Assembly: GCA_040776945.1 (NCBI GenBank)
Contig: JAXGZN010000001.1
Span: forward strand, 1,042,720 to 1,106,719
DNA length: 64,000 nucleotides
Source of the DNA: Methanomassiliicoccaceae archaeon
GTDB taxonomy: Archaea > Thermoplasmatota > Thermoplasmata > Methanomassiliicoccales > Methanomassiliicoccaceae
Direction of reading: 5' to 3'
Shown: positions 39,956 to 50,304 of the stretch, piece after piece
Layout: each line of letters begins with the position of its first letter
Position numbering within the stretch: the first letter of the stretch is position 1
Notes under the pieces: model-generated
What the model saw: the letters and a program-made list of their open reading frames with translations, nothing else
Databases searched by the model: none
What the model was told of the DNA's origin: nothing
Translations under genes and position numbers: made by a program

Positions 39956-40036
39956 TCCCCGGCCCGCTCCCCCCGCCCCCGCGAAGCGCTGCTCACAGGC
40001 CACAGTATTTGAGGTCGGGAGAGAATAGCCGCGCCG

Positions 40037-40807
40037 ATGCCGGACCGCCCACCCGCCCGCCCGGAGGAAGTGTTCTCCTGCCGCGCGGCGAGATATGCCA
40101 CCAGCAAGGTGCACGACGACAGGATGACATTGTCCTGGTTGGTGGACGCCGCGGCCCCCTCGGCGGAAGAGATCGCCCTGGACGTGGGCACCGGAGCGGG
40201 CCACACAGCGTTTGCCCTTGCTCCTCGGGTGAGAGCGGTGGAGGCGGTAGACCTCACCGAGGAGATGCTGGAGGAGGCCCGCAAGCTCGCGAGGAAGCGC
40301 GGCATCCGCAACGTACGATTCAGCTTGGCCGATGCGATGTCCCTCCCGTTCGGGGACCGAAGCTTCGACATCGTGACCTGTCGCCGGGCGGCCCATCATT
40401 TCACCGACCTGGAGAGGGCGCTGGCGGAGATGGCCCGGGTCCTCAGGCTAGGCGGCAGGCTAGTGATCGATGACCGAAGCGTGCCGGACGACGAGGACAC
40501 GGCAGCGTTGATCAATCGGCTGGACGCGATCCATGACCCGTCGCACGTGAAGGACCGGAGCCCCTGCGAATGGTCATCGCTCATCCAGGGGACCGGGCTG
40601 GAGCTTTTGGGGATGCGCCCTTACCGAAGAAGGATGCCCCTCTCCCATTTCACCGACATGACGGACCCGCCGACAGAACGGGCGATGCGCGACCTGATAA
40701 TGAACGCGCCGGATCGCGTCAAGAGGACCATGCGCGTGGAGATAAGCGACGACTGCATTTCCATGGACAACTTCTTCGTGCTCATCTCCGCCTTCAGGTC
40801 CAGGTGA
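40037..40807 (+). CDS. Class I SAM-dependent methyltransferase
   Basis: LDVGTGAGHTA, LPFGDRSFDIVTCRRAAHHF, DPSHV. Confidence 0.88.
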   Translation: MPDRPPARPEEVFSCRAARYATSKVHDDRMTLSWLVDAAAPSAEEIALDVGTGAGHTAFALAPRVRAVEAVDLTEEMLEEARKLARKRGIRNVRFSLADAMSLPFGDRSFDIVTCRRAAHHFTDLERALAEMARVLRLGGRLVIDDRSVPDDEDTAALINRLDAIHDPSHVKDRSPCEWSSLIQGTGLELLGMRPYRRRMPLSHFTDMTDPPTERAMRDLIMNAPDRVKRTMRVEISDDCISMDNFFVLISAFRSR

Positions 40808-41086
40808 GCACGCCCTTATCTCGGAAAGCGCCAGCGCCGCGCCGGCAAATGGAGAGGGCTTGGGAATGTCCACGGCGCGCCCGACAGGACGTCGGAGGCC
40901 CTGGTGCGAATGGAGCGACCGACCTCGCGCTGCCACCCGGCCTGACGGACGCAAAGGAATGGCGGCATATCGGCATGCCGGACGGAAAATAGCAAGCTTA
41001 TTATAGAAGTGCTGATACTATACTAGCTAAACAACTTCGGGTTGTATAGTGGATCAGAGCAGGATCTACATGCAAAGGTGACCGTG

Positions 41087-43225
41087 ATGAAAGCAAGTGA
41101 CAAGGTACTGCGCGTGGCGGAAGCGCGCTCCAAGGAGGCGGGAAGGGGGATCGCCCGCATCGACTCCGCAGTGATGGACGCTCTCGGCATCACCGCCGGG
41201 GACGTGATAGAGCTGGAGGGCAAGAAAAGAACGGCCGCTCTGGCCTGGCCGGGTCTTCCCGAGGACACCAACAAGGGAATGGTCCGCATCGATGGCACGG
41301 TGAGGCGGAACGCTCAGGTGGGCATCGATGACAAGGTCGGCATTCGCAAGATCTCGGCCAAGGATGCCGTGAAGGTGACGGTAGCGCCGACCATGCCGCT
41401 GCGCATCGTCGGCGGGGAGAGGTATTTGCAGGACATGCTCGTGGGCCGCGTCCTGGTCAAGGGAGACATCGTCGAGGTCAATACCCTGGAGGGCCGCATC
41501 GACCTGGTGGTGACGGCCGCGTCCCCGTCGGCGGACGCATTGCTGGTCAAGCGGACCACCGAGTTCGTGGTGAGCGAGAAGCCGGCCGGCGAGGTCCCGT
41601 CGGTGCCGAGAGTGTCCTACGAGGACATCGGAGGTCTGCGCGACGAGGTCAAGCGCGTCCGGGAGATGATCGAGCTGCCGCTCCGCCACCCCGAGGTGTT
41701 CGAGCGCCTGGGAGTGGAAGCGCCCAAGGGCGTGCTGCTGCACGGACCTCCGGGCACCGGAAAGACGCTCCTGGCCAGAGCTGTGGCCTCAGAGACCAAC
41801 GCCAATTTCGTATCCATCGGAGGGCCGGAGATAATGTCCAAGTACCACGGCCAGTCGGAGGAGCAGCTGCGGGAGATCTTCAAGCAGGCCCAGGAGAACG
41901 CCCCGACCATCATGTTCATCGATGAGATCGACTCCATCGCCCCCAAGCGCGAGGAGGTCACCGGGGAGACCGAGAGGCGGGTGGTCGCGCAGCTCCTTTC
42001 TTTAATGGACGGTCTCAAGTCCAGGGGGAAGGTGGTGGTCATCGGAGCGACCAACAGGCCGGACGCTCTGGACCCCGCCCTTAGGAGGCCGGGGCGTTTC
42101 GACCGGGAGATCGAGATAGGCGTGCCCGACCGCGATGGAAGGCTGGAAATACTTCAGATCCACACTCGCGGAATGCCGCTGGCGGACGATGTCGAGCTGG
42201 AGCGGTACGCCGCCCTCACACATGGGTACGTCGGCGCGGACCTTTCGGCGCTGGCCAAGGAGGCGGCGATGATCTCGCTGCGCCGCGTCCTTCCGGACCT
42301 GGACCTTGAGGCCGATTCCATCCCCCGAGAGGTGCTGGAGAAGATAATCATAACCGACGACGACTTCCGTGCGGCGCTGAGGGAGATGCAGCCGTCCTCC
42401 ATGCGGGAGGTGCTGGTGGAGCGCCCGGACGTCCACTGGAACGAGATCGGCGGACTGGAGGGGGCGAAGCGCGAACTCCGAGAGGCGGTGGAATGGCCGC
42501 TAAAGTATGGCCGCCTGTTCGAGCGCATGGGCGCAACGCCCCCCAAAGGGGTCCTCGTCCACGGCCCCCCAGGGACCGGGAAGACGATGCTGGCCAAGGC
42601 CGTGGCCACGGAGTCGGAGGCCAACTTCATCTCTATCAAAGGACCGGAGTTCCTCAGCAAGTGGGTCGGCGAGTCGGAGAAGGCGGTCCGCGAAACGTTC
42701 CGCAAGGCCAGGCAGGCCGCCCCTTGCGTGATATTCCTGGATGAGATCGACTCCATAGCTCCAGTAAGGGGCGGGGGCGAGGGGGACTCACACGTCACCG
42801 AGCGGGTGATATCTCAAATGCTCACCGAGATGGACGGGCTGGAAGGCCTAAGGGATGTGGTGGTGGTCGCGGCGACCAACAGGCTGGACATCATCGACCC
42901 GGCGCTCCTGCGTCCAGGGCGGTTCGATCGCCTGGTAGCGATACCGGAACCCGACCTCGAGGCTAGGAAGCAGATCTGGCGCATACACACTTCCAAGAAG
43001 CCCCTGGCCGAGGATGTCGACATCGATGAGCTGGCCAAGCGGACCGAGGGCTTCAGCGGAGCGGACATCGCCGCCGCGGCCAACGAGGCGGTCATGGCCA
43101 CCATGCGCTCGATGATCGAGAGCGGCCAGGAGATCGCGGAGAAGGACATAGACGAGGCCAAGGTGCCGATGAGCGCCTTCCTCGAGGCGGCGGACAAGCT
43201 CGACCCGATCAAGAGGAGGTCATGA
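41087..43225 (+). CDS. CDC48/VAT AAA+ ATPase
   Basis: Two AAA modules ([11 protein letters not shown] and [11 protein letters not shown]), [14 protein letters not shown]-domain GRGIARID. Confidence 0.95.
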   Translation: MKASDKVLRVAEARSKEAGRGIARIDSAVMDALGITAGDVIELEGKKRTAALAWPGLPEDTNKGMVRIDGTVRRNAQVGIDDKVGIRKISAKDAVKVTVAPTMPLRIVGGERYLQDMLVGRVLVKGDIVEVNTLEGRIDLVVTAASPSADALLVKRTTEFVVSEKPAGEVPSVPRVSYEDIGGLRDEVKRVREMIELPLRHPEVFERLGVEAPKGVLLHGPPGTGKTLLARAVASETNANFVSIGGPEIMSKYHGQSEEQLREIFKQAQENAPTIMFIDEIDSIAPKREEVTGETERRVVAQLLSLMDGLKSRGKVVVIGATNRPDALDPALRRPGRFDREIEIGVPDRDGRLEILQIHTRGMPLADDVELERYAALTHGYVGADLSALAKEAAMISLRRVLPDLDLEADSIPREVLEKIIITDDDFRAALREMQPSSMREVLVERPDVHWNEIGGLEGAKRELREAVEWPLKYGRLFERMGATPPKGVLVHGPPGTGKTMLAKAVATESEANFISIKGPEFLSKWVGESEKAVRETFRKARQAAPCVIFLDEIDSIAPVRGGGEGDSHVTERVISQMLTEMDGLEGLRDVVVVAATNRLDIIDPALLRPGRFDRLVAIPEPDLEARKQIWRIHTSKKPLAEDVDIDELAKRTEGFSGADIAAAANEAVMATMRSMIESGQEIAEKDIDEAKVPMSAFLEAADKLDPIKRRS

Positions 43226-43252
43226 GGGTCCGGCGCAGCCTAATGGTCCTTA

Positions 43253-43271
43253 AGGCCGCTAGAGGCGGCCT
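43253..43271 (+). terminator. Hairpin after CDC48
   Basis: AGGCCGC-TAGAG-GCGGCCT. Confidence 0.4.
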
Positions 43272-43476
43272 CGAAACCATTTCCGATCATCATTCTCTAA
43301 CTTCAGGGCGCCTCGCCGGCAACCCTCATCTCGGGCCGTGAACGCCCGGCATATCAGGAGAGCGAGGCCCGGTCCCCGCCCCTGCCGAACGCACCATCCG
43401 CTCCACCATCCGCGCAAAGGTCCCAACAGGCGGAGATGTCCTAATGTTTATTAGACGAGGGAGAGGTACGGCAACC

Positions 43477-44505
43477 ATGGTCTGGAACTGTGCGCCCAGT
43501 GTTATCGGGTCGTTGCCGCACACCGACCCCGCGAGAGCGGTCGACCTCATAATTGACAGCCTGCGGACGATCCCCACGTGGCCGCAGCTGCCGAACCTGG
43601 GCTTCCGGGAGAACATGTACGCGCAATACGCCCGTTATCTGCCGGGAGCGCAGATCGACGAGGCGAGGAAGAAGATCAGGGTGGACCTCAGCAGCTACGA
43701 TCCAGAGGACATCTACATGAGGATCGTCTCCGAGGACGTCGACTCCTTCTCCCTGCCGGAGGACAGCTTCGCCGGGTTCCACGAGCTCATGTCCCGGGAG
43801 TTGCCGGGGAGCGTGAGAGCGATCAAGGGCCAGGTGACCGGGCCGCTTTCCATGGGCCTGCAGCTCACCGACCAGAACGACCGGCCGGTGCTTTACGACG
43901 AAGCATATGCGGAGATCATCCGCAAGTGCCTGAACCTCATGGCCAGATGGCAGGAGCGGGAGCTTCTCAAGAAGTGCTCGACGGCCATAACCTTCCTGGA
44001 CGAGCCGTACCTGTCGATGATGGGCACGCCGTTCGCCAGCGTGTGCCCGGACGATGTCAGGACGTGGATCGCGGACGTGAAGGGCGGGCTGGAAGGCCTG
44101 ACCGGCATCCACTGCTGCGCCAATACCGACTGGCCGTTCGTCATGTCCCTGGACATCGACTTCCTGTCGTTCGACGCCTACGATTACGGGTACACCATGC
44201 TCCTATATCCCGAGGAAGTTCAGCGGTACCTCGAGGACGGCGGCTCCCTGGCCTGGGGCCTGGTGCCGAACAGCGAGGAGAAGCTGGGGAAGGAGAACGT
44301 GGACACCTTGGTCGCATCCATGGAGAGCATGCTTTCCTCCCTGGCCTCCAAGGGCGTGGACGCCGAGCTCCTGGCAAGGCAGAGCATCATCACCCCTCAG
44401 TGCGGCCTCAGCGGCCTGAGCGAGGATAGCGCCGGCCACGTGCTCCAACTGCTGACCGGCGTGTCCGACGCGCTGGCCGCCAAGCTCTCGCTGGAGCGGC
44501 CATGA
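43477..44505 (+). CDS. Core (folate-independent, MesB/MesC-like) methionine synthase
   Basis: Single MetE C-terminal barrel of about 340 aa: IGSLPH, WPQLP, KGQVTGP, FLDEP; Zn ligands in GIHCC and ITPQCGL. Confidence 0.8.
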   Translation: MVWNCAPSVIGSLPHTDPARAVDLIIDSLRTIPTWPQLPNLGFRENMYAQYARYLPGAQIDEARKKIRVDLSSYDPEDIYMRIVSEDVDSFSLPEDSFAGFHELMSRELPGSVRAIKGQVTGPLSMGLQLTDQNDRPVLYDEAYAEIIRKCLNLMARWQERELLKKCSTAITFLDEPYLSMMGTPFASVCPDDVRTWIADVKGGLEGLTGIHCCANTDWPFVMSLDIDFLSFDAYDYGYTMLLYPEEVQRYLEDGGSLAWGLVPNSEEKLGKENVDTLVASMESMLSSLASKGVDAELLARQSIITPQCGLSGLSEDSAGHVLQLLTGVSDALAAKLSLERP

Positions 44506-45251
44506 CCAGCATCATCGCGGTAGCGGGAAAGGGCGGCGTTGGGAAATCAACGCTCGCCGCGCTCCTCGTCCGTGAGCTCGCCTCTCGGTCCGGAAAGGTG
44601 GTTCTGGCGGTGGACGCGGACCCCAACTCCAATCTTGGAGAGAAACTGGGGGTCGAGGTGGAGAGGACCATCGGCGACCTGCGGGAGGACCTGCTGAAGC
44701 GCTCCGATGAGGTGACGGCCGGCGGCTCGAAACAGGAAGCGATGCAATACCAACTGCGCCTGGCAATGGTAGAGGGCCGGGACTTCGACCTGCTGACCAT
44801 GGGACGTTCCGAAGGCCGCGGGTGCTACTGCTACATCAACAACCTGCTCCGTACGTACCTGGACTCGATCATGAGCGACTATCCGTACGTGGTCATCGAC
44901 AACGAGGCGGGCATGGAGCACCTGTCCCGGCGGACCTGCCAGCGCATGGACGCGCTGATCATCGTCACCGATGCCACGAAGGTCGGCCTGATGACGGCGG
45001 GCAGGATACTCGCCCTGGCCAGGGAGATGGAGCTCGAGATAGGGTCGGCGGTCCTGGTGGTCAACCGGGTGAAGGGAGAGCTGCCGCGGCCGCTGAAGGA
45101 CGCCATCCCTGAGGGCTTTGCGCGCGTCGCCCTGGTGCCCCACGACCAAGCGATCGAGGACCTCGCGTCGTCCGGGGGGCCGCTGACCTCGCTGCCCAGG
45201 AACAGCACGGCCGCGCAGGCGGTGCGCGAGCTGGCCGGCGAGCTGAGGTAG
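44502..45251 (+). CDS. cooC: CooC/AcsF nickel-insertion ATPase
   Basis: AGKGGVGKST, VDADPNSNL, MGRSEGRGCYCYIN, DNEAGMEHLSR. Confidence 0.9.
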   Translation: MTSIIAVAGKGGVGKSTLAALLVRELASRSGKVVLAVDADPNSNLGEKLGVEVERTIGDLREDLLKRSDEVTAGGSKQEAMQYQLRLAMVEGRDFDLLTMGRSEGRGCYCYINNLLRTYLDSIMSDYPYVVIDNEAGMEHLSRRTCQRMDALIIVTDATKVGLMTAGRILALAREMELEIGSAVLVVNRVKGELPRPLKDAIPEGFARVALVPHDQAIEDLASSGGPLTSLPRNSTAAQAVRELAGELR

Positions 45252-45336
45252 CGCAGCGTTCTCCGCGGCCGTCCAGCTCTCGGAACCTTTATGCTCCCGC
45301 ATTTATTAACTTCCATGAATAGGTGGGGTCAAGTGC

Positions 45337-46230
45337 ATGAGGCTCAAGGGCAAGTTCGTGGCGCTGATCGCCGTGGTCATGATAGTTCTCACCGCCGTTC
45401 TGGCCTCCTGGATCGTGGGCTCGGTGCAGGGGAGCAGGGTCGCCTACGTCGCGGTGCGCGCGGATAGGGCGAGCTACAGCATAGGGGAGAACGTGACCTT
45501 CTCCCTGGTCCCGCTGTCACAGGACGTGCAGTTCACCGTGGATGGCGGGGAGGGCGGCGGCGTGTACATAATCCGCCTGCCGGACGACATCGACCCGGAG
45601 ACCTACCTCGACGACCCGAACGTGCTGAACGACCTCATGGGCCTGAGCTTCTACCATACGGGCGGGGAGACCAAGGTCCCCCTGCCTCGGTTCAGCTCTT
45701 CCGGGGAGCCTCTGCAGATGAGCTGGAACGGGACGATCAATTCCATCTATTCCGGGAACAGGAGCTGGGAGCAGGCCACCGCCGGGCACTACCTTCTGTA
45801 CCCGGCCTACAGCTGGGAGTACGGGCACGCCACCAAGTTCATGCTCGAGCGGGCCTCCATCTTCCGCCTCGACGGCCTCGGGGTCAAGATGAACATCTCG
45901 CTGGAGAGCTCGGTATATACCATCCGCGCCGATCTCACGCTCCCCGCCGGAGCGGCGCCGGTGAGCGGCCTCTTCACCACGGCCCTGCCTGACTGCGGCG
46001 AAGGCTACAATCTCACCACGGTCTATCACAACGAGACCCTGGACCTGAGGCCCGGGGAGACCTCAACGGTCACACTGACCTATGCCGCCCAGGACAGCGG
46101 CCACGGGCCGACGACCACGAGCCTGATAGCCAGGTTCATCACCGATGAGAGGACCTACCTCTTCGGCTTCGACTCGTACATCCGCTACAGTAACAGCGGC
46201 GCGTGGGAGGTGCACTATGTCCGGTACTGA
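45337..46230 (+). CDS. Hypothetical membrane-anchored/secreted protein, first gene of an ABC operon
   Basis: N-terminal TM, then a beta-rich body (DRASYSIGENVTF, MSWNG). Confidence 0.7.
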   Translation: MRLKGKFVALIAVVMIVLTAVLASWIVGSVQGSRVAYVAVRADRASYSIGENVTFSLVPLSQDVQFTVDGGEGGGVYIIRLPDDIDPETYLDDPNVLNDLMGLSFYHTGGETKVPLPRFSSSGEPLQMSWNGTINSIYSGNRSWEQATAGHYLLYPAYSWEYGHATKFMLERASIFRLDGLGVKMNISLESSVYTIRADLTLPAGAAPVSGLFTTALPDCGEGYNLTTVYHNETLDLRPGETSTVTLTYAAQDSGHGPTTTSLIARFITDERTYLFGFDSYIRYSNSGAWEVHYVRY

Positions 46231-47130
46231 CGTCCTCAGGGGAACGGACCTCTCTAAGACCTACGGGAACCGGTTCACCAGGGGCAACATCCGCGCCCTG
46301 GACCGCGCCTCCTTCTCCATCCAGGAGGGGGAGATCTGCGGGCTGGTGGGTCCCAACGGCGCCGGGAAGAGCACCCTGATCAAGCTGGTCATGGGCATCG
46401 AGCCGAGGGACGAGGGCGCGGTGGAGATGAACGGCTCGGACCCCCGCGTGGCGCTGGGGTACGTGCCGGAGAGGCCCACCTTCTTCGAGGACCTCTCCGC
46501 CTACTACAACATCCTGTACTTCGCCCGGCTGACCGGCGCGGCGGACCCCGAGGGCACCAGCCGCAGGCTGATCGACGAGTTCGGGCTCAAGGGCCGCGGC
46601 GATGACCGCGTCTCCTCCTTCTCCAAGGGCATGAAGCAGCGCCTGGCCATCGCCCGGGCGGTGGTCCATCGTCCTAAGGTGCTCATCATGGACGAGCCCT
46701 TCTCCGGCCTCGACCCAGGCATGATGATCGAGCTCCGGGGCCTGCTCAAGGGCCTCAGGGCACGGGCATGGCCATGCTCCTGTCCTCGCACGAGCTCAAC
46801 GAGATCGACCAGCTGTGCGACTCCATCCTGTTCATCAAGAGCGGGAAGATCATCCGCCGCGAGGACCTGGACCGCCCCCGGCCCCGGGCGGTGGTGCAGC
46901 TGATGCTGGAGGAGGCGAGCGACGCGGTGACGGAAGCGCTGTCCCGCTGGAGCAAGGTGTCGCTCTCCGCCGACCGCAGAACGATCACCGTGGAGGCGTC
47001 CAGGGAGGAGGTCCCCGAGGTCGTGGCCGCGGCGGTGAAGGCCGGCGGGAGGGTGCTGGAGTTCCGTCCGGCGCAGGTGAAGGCCGAGGACCTGTACGCC
47101 GAGGTCTTCCGCTCGGAGGTGACCACGTGA
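46217..47130 (+). pseudogene. ABC transporter ATP-binding protein with a frameshift near 46765
   Basis: GPNGAGKST, FSKGMKQRL and IMDEPFSGLD lie in one frame; the H-loop LLSSHELNEI continues in another. One G appears missing in CACGGGCATG. Confidence 0.8.
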
Positions 47131-48047
47131 ACGAGTTCCTCATCCACCTGAGAAAGGACCTCAAGCTGCTAACGTCGGACTCTATGTTCGTCATCTTCCT
47201 GCTGGTGATGGCGGTGGCCTCGTTCATCATCGCCCTCTCCACCTGCGCCGGCTACGTGCAGGGCAACACCTACGGCAGCTCGGTGGTCACCCGGGCGTCG
47301 CTGGAGCTTGCCCAGAAGAGCGCGCTGGTCAACTACTGGAGCGTCGTGGGCGGGCTGCTGACGGCGATGCTCATGGGCGCTGCGGCGATGGCCATGGGCT
47401 CGGAGAAGGAGAGCGGGATGGGCCGCTACACGATGAGCCACAGGGTCCGGGGGTCGCTGTTCTACCTGAGCAAGCTGCTCCTGGTGGTGGCGATGGTGGC
47501 CATGGCGATGGCCATCGCTCTCGCGGCATACCTCATCGTGTTCTCCTTCATGGACGTGCCCATGCTCGACCTCGGCAGCCTGGCCCTGTCCATGGCCTTC
47601 CCCTTCCTGGCCATGATGGTGTTCGCCTCCCTCGGCCTGGCGCTGTCCACCCTGGGCACCAAGAAGGGAGCGATGGTGGCCATGGCGGTGGTGCTGTTCA
47701 TCGCGCTGTCCGCGGTCTCGTCCATCACCGTCAACATGGCCCCCTACGCGGCCATGCAGGCCGATCCCAGCGTCAACTTGGGCAACTACACCGAAGCCCT
47801 GCCGCTAGAGTACGCGATGGCGATCTACGCCAACCCCATGGTGCTCTCCTACGGGAGCATGTACGTGCTGGGGACCGCCGATGCCGGCGTCGCCCCGCTG
47901 TACGATGCCGGCGGAGCCATCCTGCTGGCCGCGGTCTTCTTCATCGCCTTCACCGCGCTGGGCCTGGTGCTGATGTCCCGGGAGCGCATGGAACGCTCCT
48001 GGTCGGCGCGGGCCATGGAGCTGCTGGGAAGGGCCAGGGGAGGTTAG
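47127..48047 (+). CDS. ABC-2 type permease
   Basis: GTG start overlapping the upstream stop; six TM segments; SEKESG and FYLSKLL. Confidence 0.8.
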   Translation: MNEFLIHLRKDLKLLTSDSMFVIFLLVMAVASFIIALSTCAGYVQGNTYGSSVVTRASLELAQKSALVNYWSVVGGLLTAMLMGAAAMAMGSEKESGMGRYTMSHRVRGSLFYLSKLLLVVAMVAMAMAIALAAYLIVFSFMDVPMLDLGSLALSMAFPFLAMMVFASLGLALSTLGTKKGAMVAMAVVLFIALSAVSSITVNMAPYAAMQADPSVNLGNYTEALPLEYAMAIYANPMVLSYGSMYVLGTADAGVAPLYDAGGAILLAAVFFIAFTALGLVLMSRERMERSWSARAMELLGRARGG

Positions 48048-49369
48048 AGCGAGCGCAGCATCTTGGAGATGCCGGACGATTCCCGCGGGCCGACGATGAT
48101 CTTGACCCCGACGAGCTCCTGCAGCTTGCCTGACATCCTGGCCAGCATCCCGGGGATGATGAGCATCTCCCGCCTGCTCTTCTCCAACGCTCCGCTGGAC
48201 CTCATCGCCTCGGCCACGCTCTCGGCCGTCAGCTTCCCGGCGGAGTAGGCGGTCATGACCGAGAGGCCCTCGGCGTCCACCACCAGGAGCCATGCCGGCA
48301 TCCGGCTCTTCTCGATGTCCGCGGCCACGGTGAAGTAGGTCAGCGAGAAGTTGGTGGTGAAGAGCACCGGCGAGCTCTCTCCGGGATTGTTTATGGGATA
48401 AAGGCCGGCCTTCACCTGCAGAGGGACCTGGGGGTCGGTGTAGATGTTCTGACGGAGCGTGAACAACGGCAGCGCGTGCGCCGGGTCAAGGTCGTCCATG
48501 AGGACTATGCCGCCGTACTTCATGGTCGAGACCATGGCCATCAGCACCGCCTGCCCGTTCCCGCAGGCGTTGGTGATTATTGGATAGCCAAGGCCGCGGA
48601 AGGTCCTCTTCACCGCGTTCTTCCGGACGATGGTGTTCCTCTCCACCACCTGCTGAAGCCCTTCGGGGCAAAGGTCGAGCACCATGTCCTCGACGCCGGA
48701 AGCATGCACCTTCTCAACAAGGGCGGCCAATCCGTTCAGGTCGGCATGCCTTACGGCCAACGGGAACCTCAGCTCCTTGGCCGCTGCGGCCAGGGCCTCC
48801 CAGTTGCTCTCGTCCGCTGCGTAGATCAGCGGCCTGGAGAGGTTCGCCGCCGACGCCGCGGCCCTGACCGCTGCGGCGTCCGGGCTCATGAGCACCAGGG
48901 GCAGCGCCGACTCCCTCGCCACCCTGGCGACCACGGACGCGAACCTGGCAGCGTCGCCGGAATCGTTACGGACCCCTAGCATGTCCACCGCCAGCATCTG
49001 TCCGACGCGCTCGAACCTAAGGTCCGCGGCCCGCCTCAGCTTTGCGGCTATCTCCTTGTCCGCGGCGCGGTCCGAGATGACGATGGCGTACCTGGTCTGG
49101 TGGAAGAACTTCTTGTCGTGGCGGTAAAGCTCCGTCTCGTCCCCTATCTCGACCTTATTGCTTCCGGCGCCGATTGAGACCAGTCTAATCGGCGGGGCCG
49201 AGGACGCCTCCAGCTTGGCCTTCGCTTCGTCCGAGACGTACGGGCAGTCAGCGAGCTTGGCCTTGGAGTTTGCCAGCTGCATCGCGAACGCCAGGCATGT
49301 CGGGAAGCCGCACTTCCCGCAGTTCTTCTTCGGGAGGAACTTGAAGAACTCGATGGCCGTGGGCATCAC
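48044..49369 (-). CDS. acsC: Corrinoid Fe-S protein large subunit (AcsC/CdhE)
   Basis: LPKKNCGKCGFPTCLAFAM...CPY, RQNIYTDPQ, TTNFSLTYFTV, GLSVMTA, VGPRES. Confidence 0.94.
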   Translation of the reverse strand: MMPTAIEFFKFLPKKNCGKCGFPTCLAFAMQLANSKAKLADCPYVSDEAKAKLEASSAPPIRLVSIGAGSNKVEIGDETELYRHDKKFFHQTRYAIVISDRAADKEIAAKLRRAADLRFERVGQMLAVDMLGVRNDSGDAARFASVVARVARESALPLVLMSPDAAAVRAAASAANLSRPLIYAADESNWEALAAAAKELRFPLAVRHADLNGLAALVEKVHASGVEDMVLDLCPEGLQQVVERNTIVRKNAVKRTFRGLGYPIITNACGNGQAVLMAMVSTMKYGGIVLMDDLDPAHALPLFTLRQNIYTDPQVPLQVKAGLYPINNPGESSPVLFTTNFSLTYFTVAADIEKSRMPAWLLVVDAEGLSVMTAYSAGKLTAESVAEAMRSSGALEKSRREMLIIPGMLARMSGKLQELVGVKIIVGPRESSGISKMLRSL

Positions 49370-50289
49370 TGACCACCTCTCAGTCCGTCGATCGCTTCCC
49401 GGAGTATTCCCATGGCCTCAGGGCTGCGGACGATGAGGATCTCGGCCCCGGACACCAGGGCCGCGAGCCCGGTGGTCGCCTCCCACCATGCGCCCCGCTC
49501 CCCCGCTTCGCCCCACAGGGCGTTCTCCTCCGTGGCCTCGCGGGCCTCCCAGGATGAGGTAACGTCGCACAGCATCGGCACCTGGAGCATGCGGTCCCCC
49601 ATCAGCGCGGCGATGCGGATGCGCTCGTTGACCGAGTAGGAGTACTCAAGGCCCATGCCCAGGCAGGCCATGAGGGGGTCCATGAGCACGTTGTCGAGCT
49701 TGACGCCGAAATCGGCGAGCAGGATGTTCATCTGCTTAGCCAGATTGATGTCCAGGTTGGAGAAGGCGATCAGCGCGTGGCGGTTGGCCATCGCCGCGGC
49801 GGAGATGGTCTTGTACGCCGTCTCCTCGGCCTGTCCCAATATGATGCGTTCCCCCGCGCAGGCGTTGCTCACCGCCTCCATGGTCTTGGCGTCCTTCTCC
49901 TCCTGGCCGCAGCCATAGACGATCACTGGCACACTGACGGCCTTGATCACGTCGACGACCGTCCTGGCAGCATCCTCCGGTGACGCGTCCATCCCCTCGG
50001 GGTTGGTGCTTCTCAGCTTCAGGCACACGAGGTCCGCCCCGAGGTCGGAGGCCCACCTCTTCGCCCACTCCACCGGGTCCTTTACAGCGTCGCCGAACTT
50101 GCGGACCGCCAGTTCCGTGAGAAGGGAGGGATCGTCGATGATCTCTCCGGCCAGAAGCTGTCTCCGGCCGAGGCCTTCGTAGGAAAGGAAGGGCATTCCC
50201 GTCGCGCCCCCCACTTCTGCGGACGCGCCGAGCGCGACAGTCCCGATCTTCCCTGACCACTTTTCCTTGGGGATTGGTACATCGACCAT
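49366..50289 (-). CDS. acsD: Corrinoid Fe-S protein small subunit (AcsD/CdhD)
   Basis: DPVEWAK, DINLAKQMN, MDP...LGMGLEYSYSVNERIRIAALMGD. Confidence 0.92.
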   Translation of the reverse strand: MVDVPIPKEKWSGKIGTVALGASAEVGGATGMPFLSYEGLGRRQLLAGEIIDDPSLLTELAVRKFGDAVKDPVEWAKRWASDLGADLVCLKLRSTNPEGMDASPEDAARTVVDVIKAVSVPVIVYGCGQEEKDAKTMEAVSNACAGERIILGQAEETAYKTISAAAMANRHALIAFSNLDINLAKQMNILLADFGVKLDNVLMDPLMACLGMGLEYSYSVNERIRIAALMGDRMLQVPMLCDVTSSWEAREATEENALWGEAGERGAWWEATTGLAALVSGAEILIVRSPEAMGILREAIDGLRGGQ

Positions 50290-50304
50290 TTTGATTCCTC
50301 TCGA

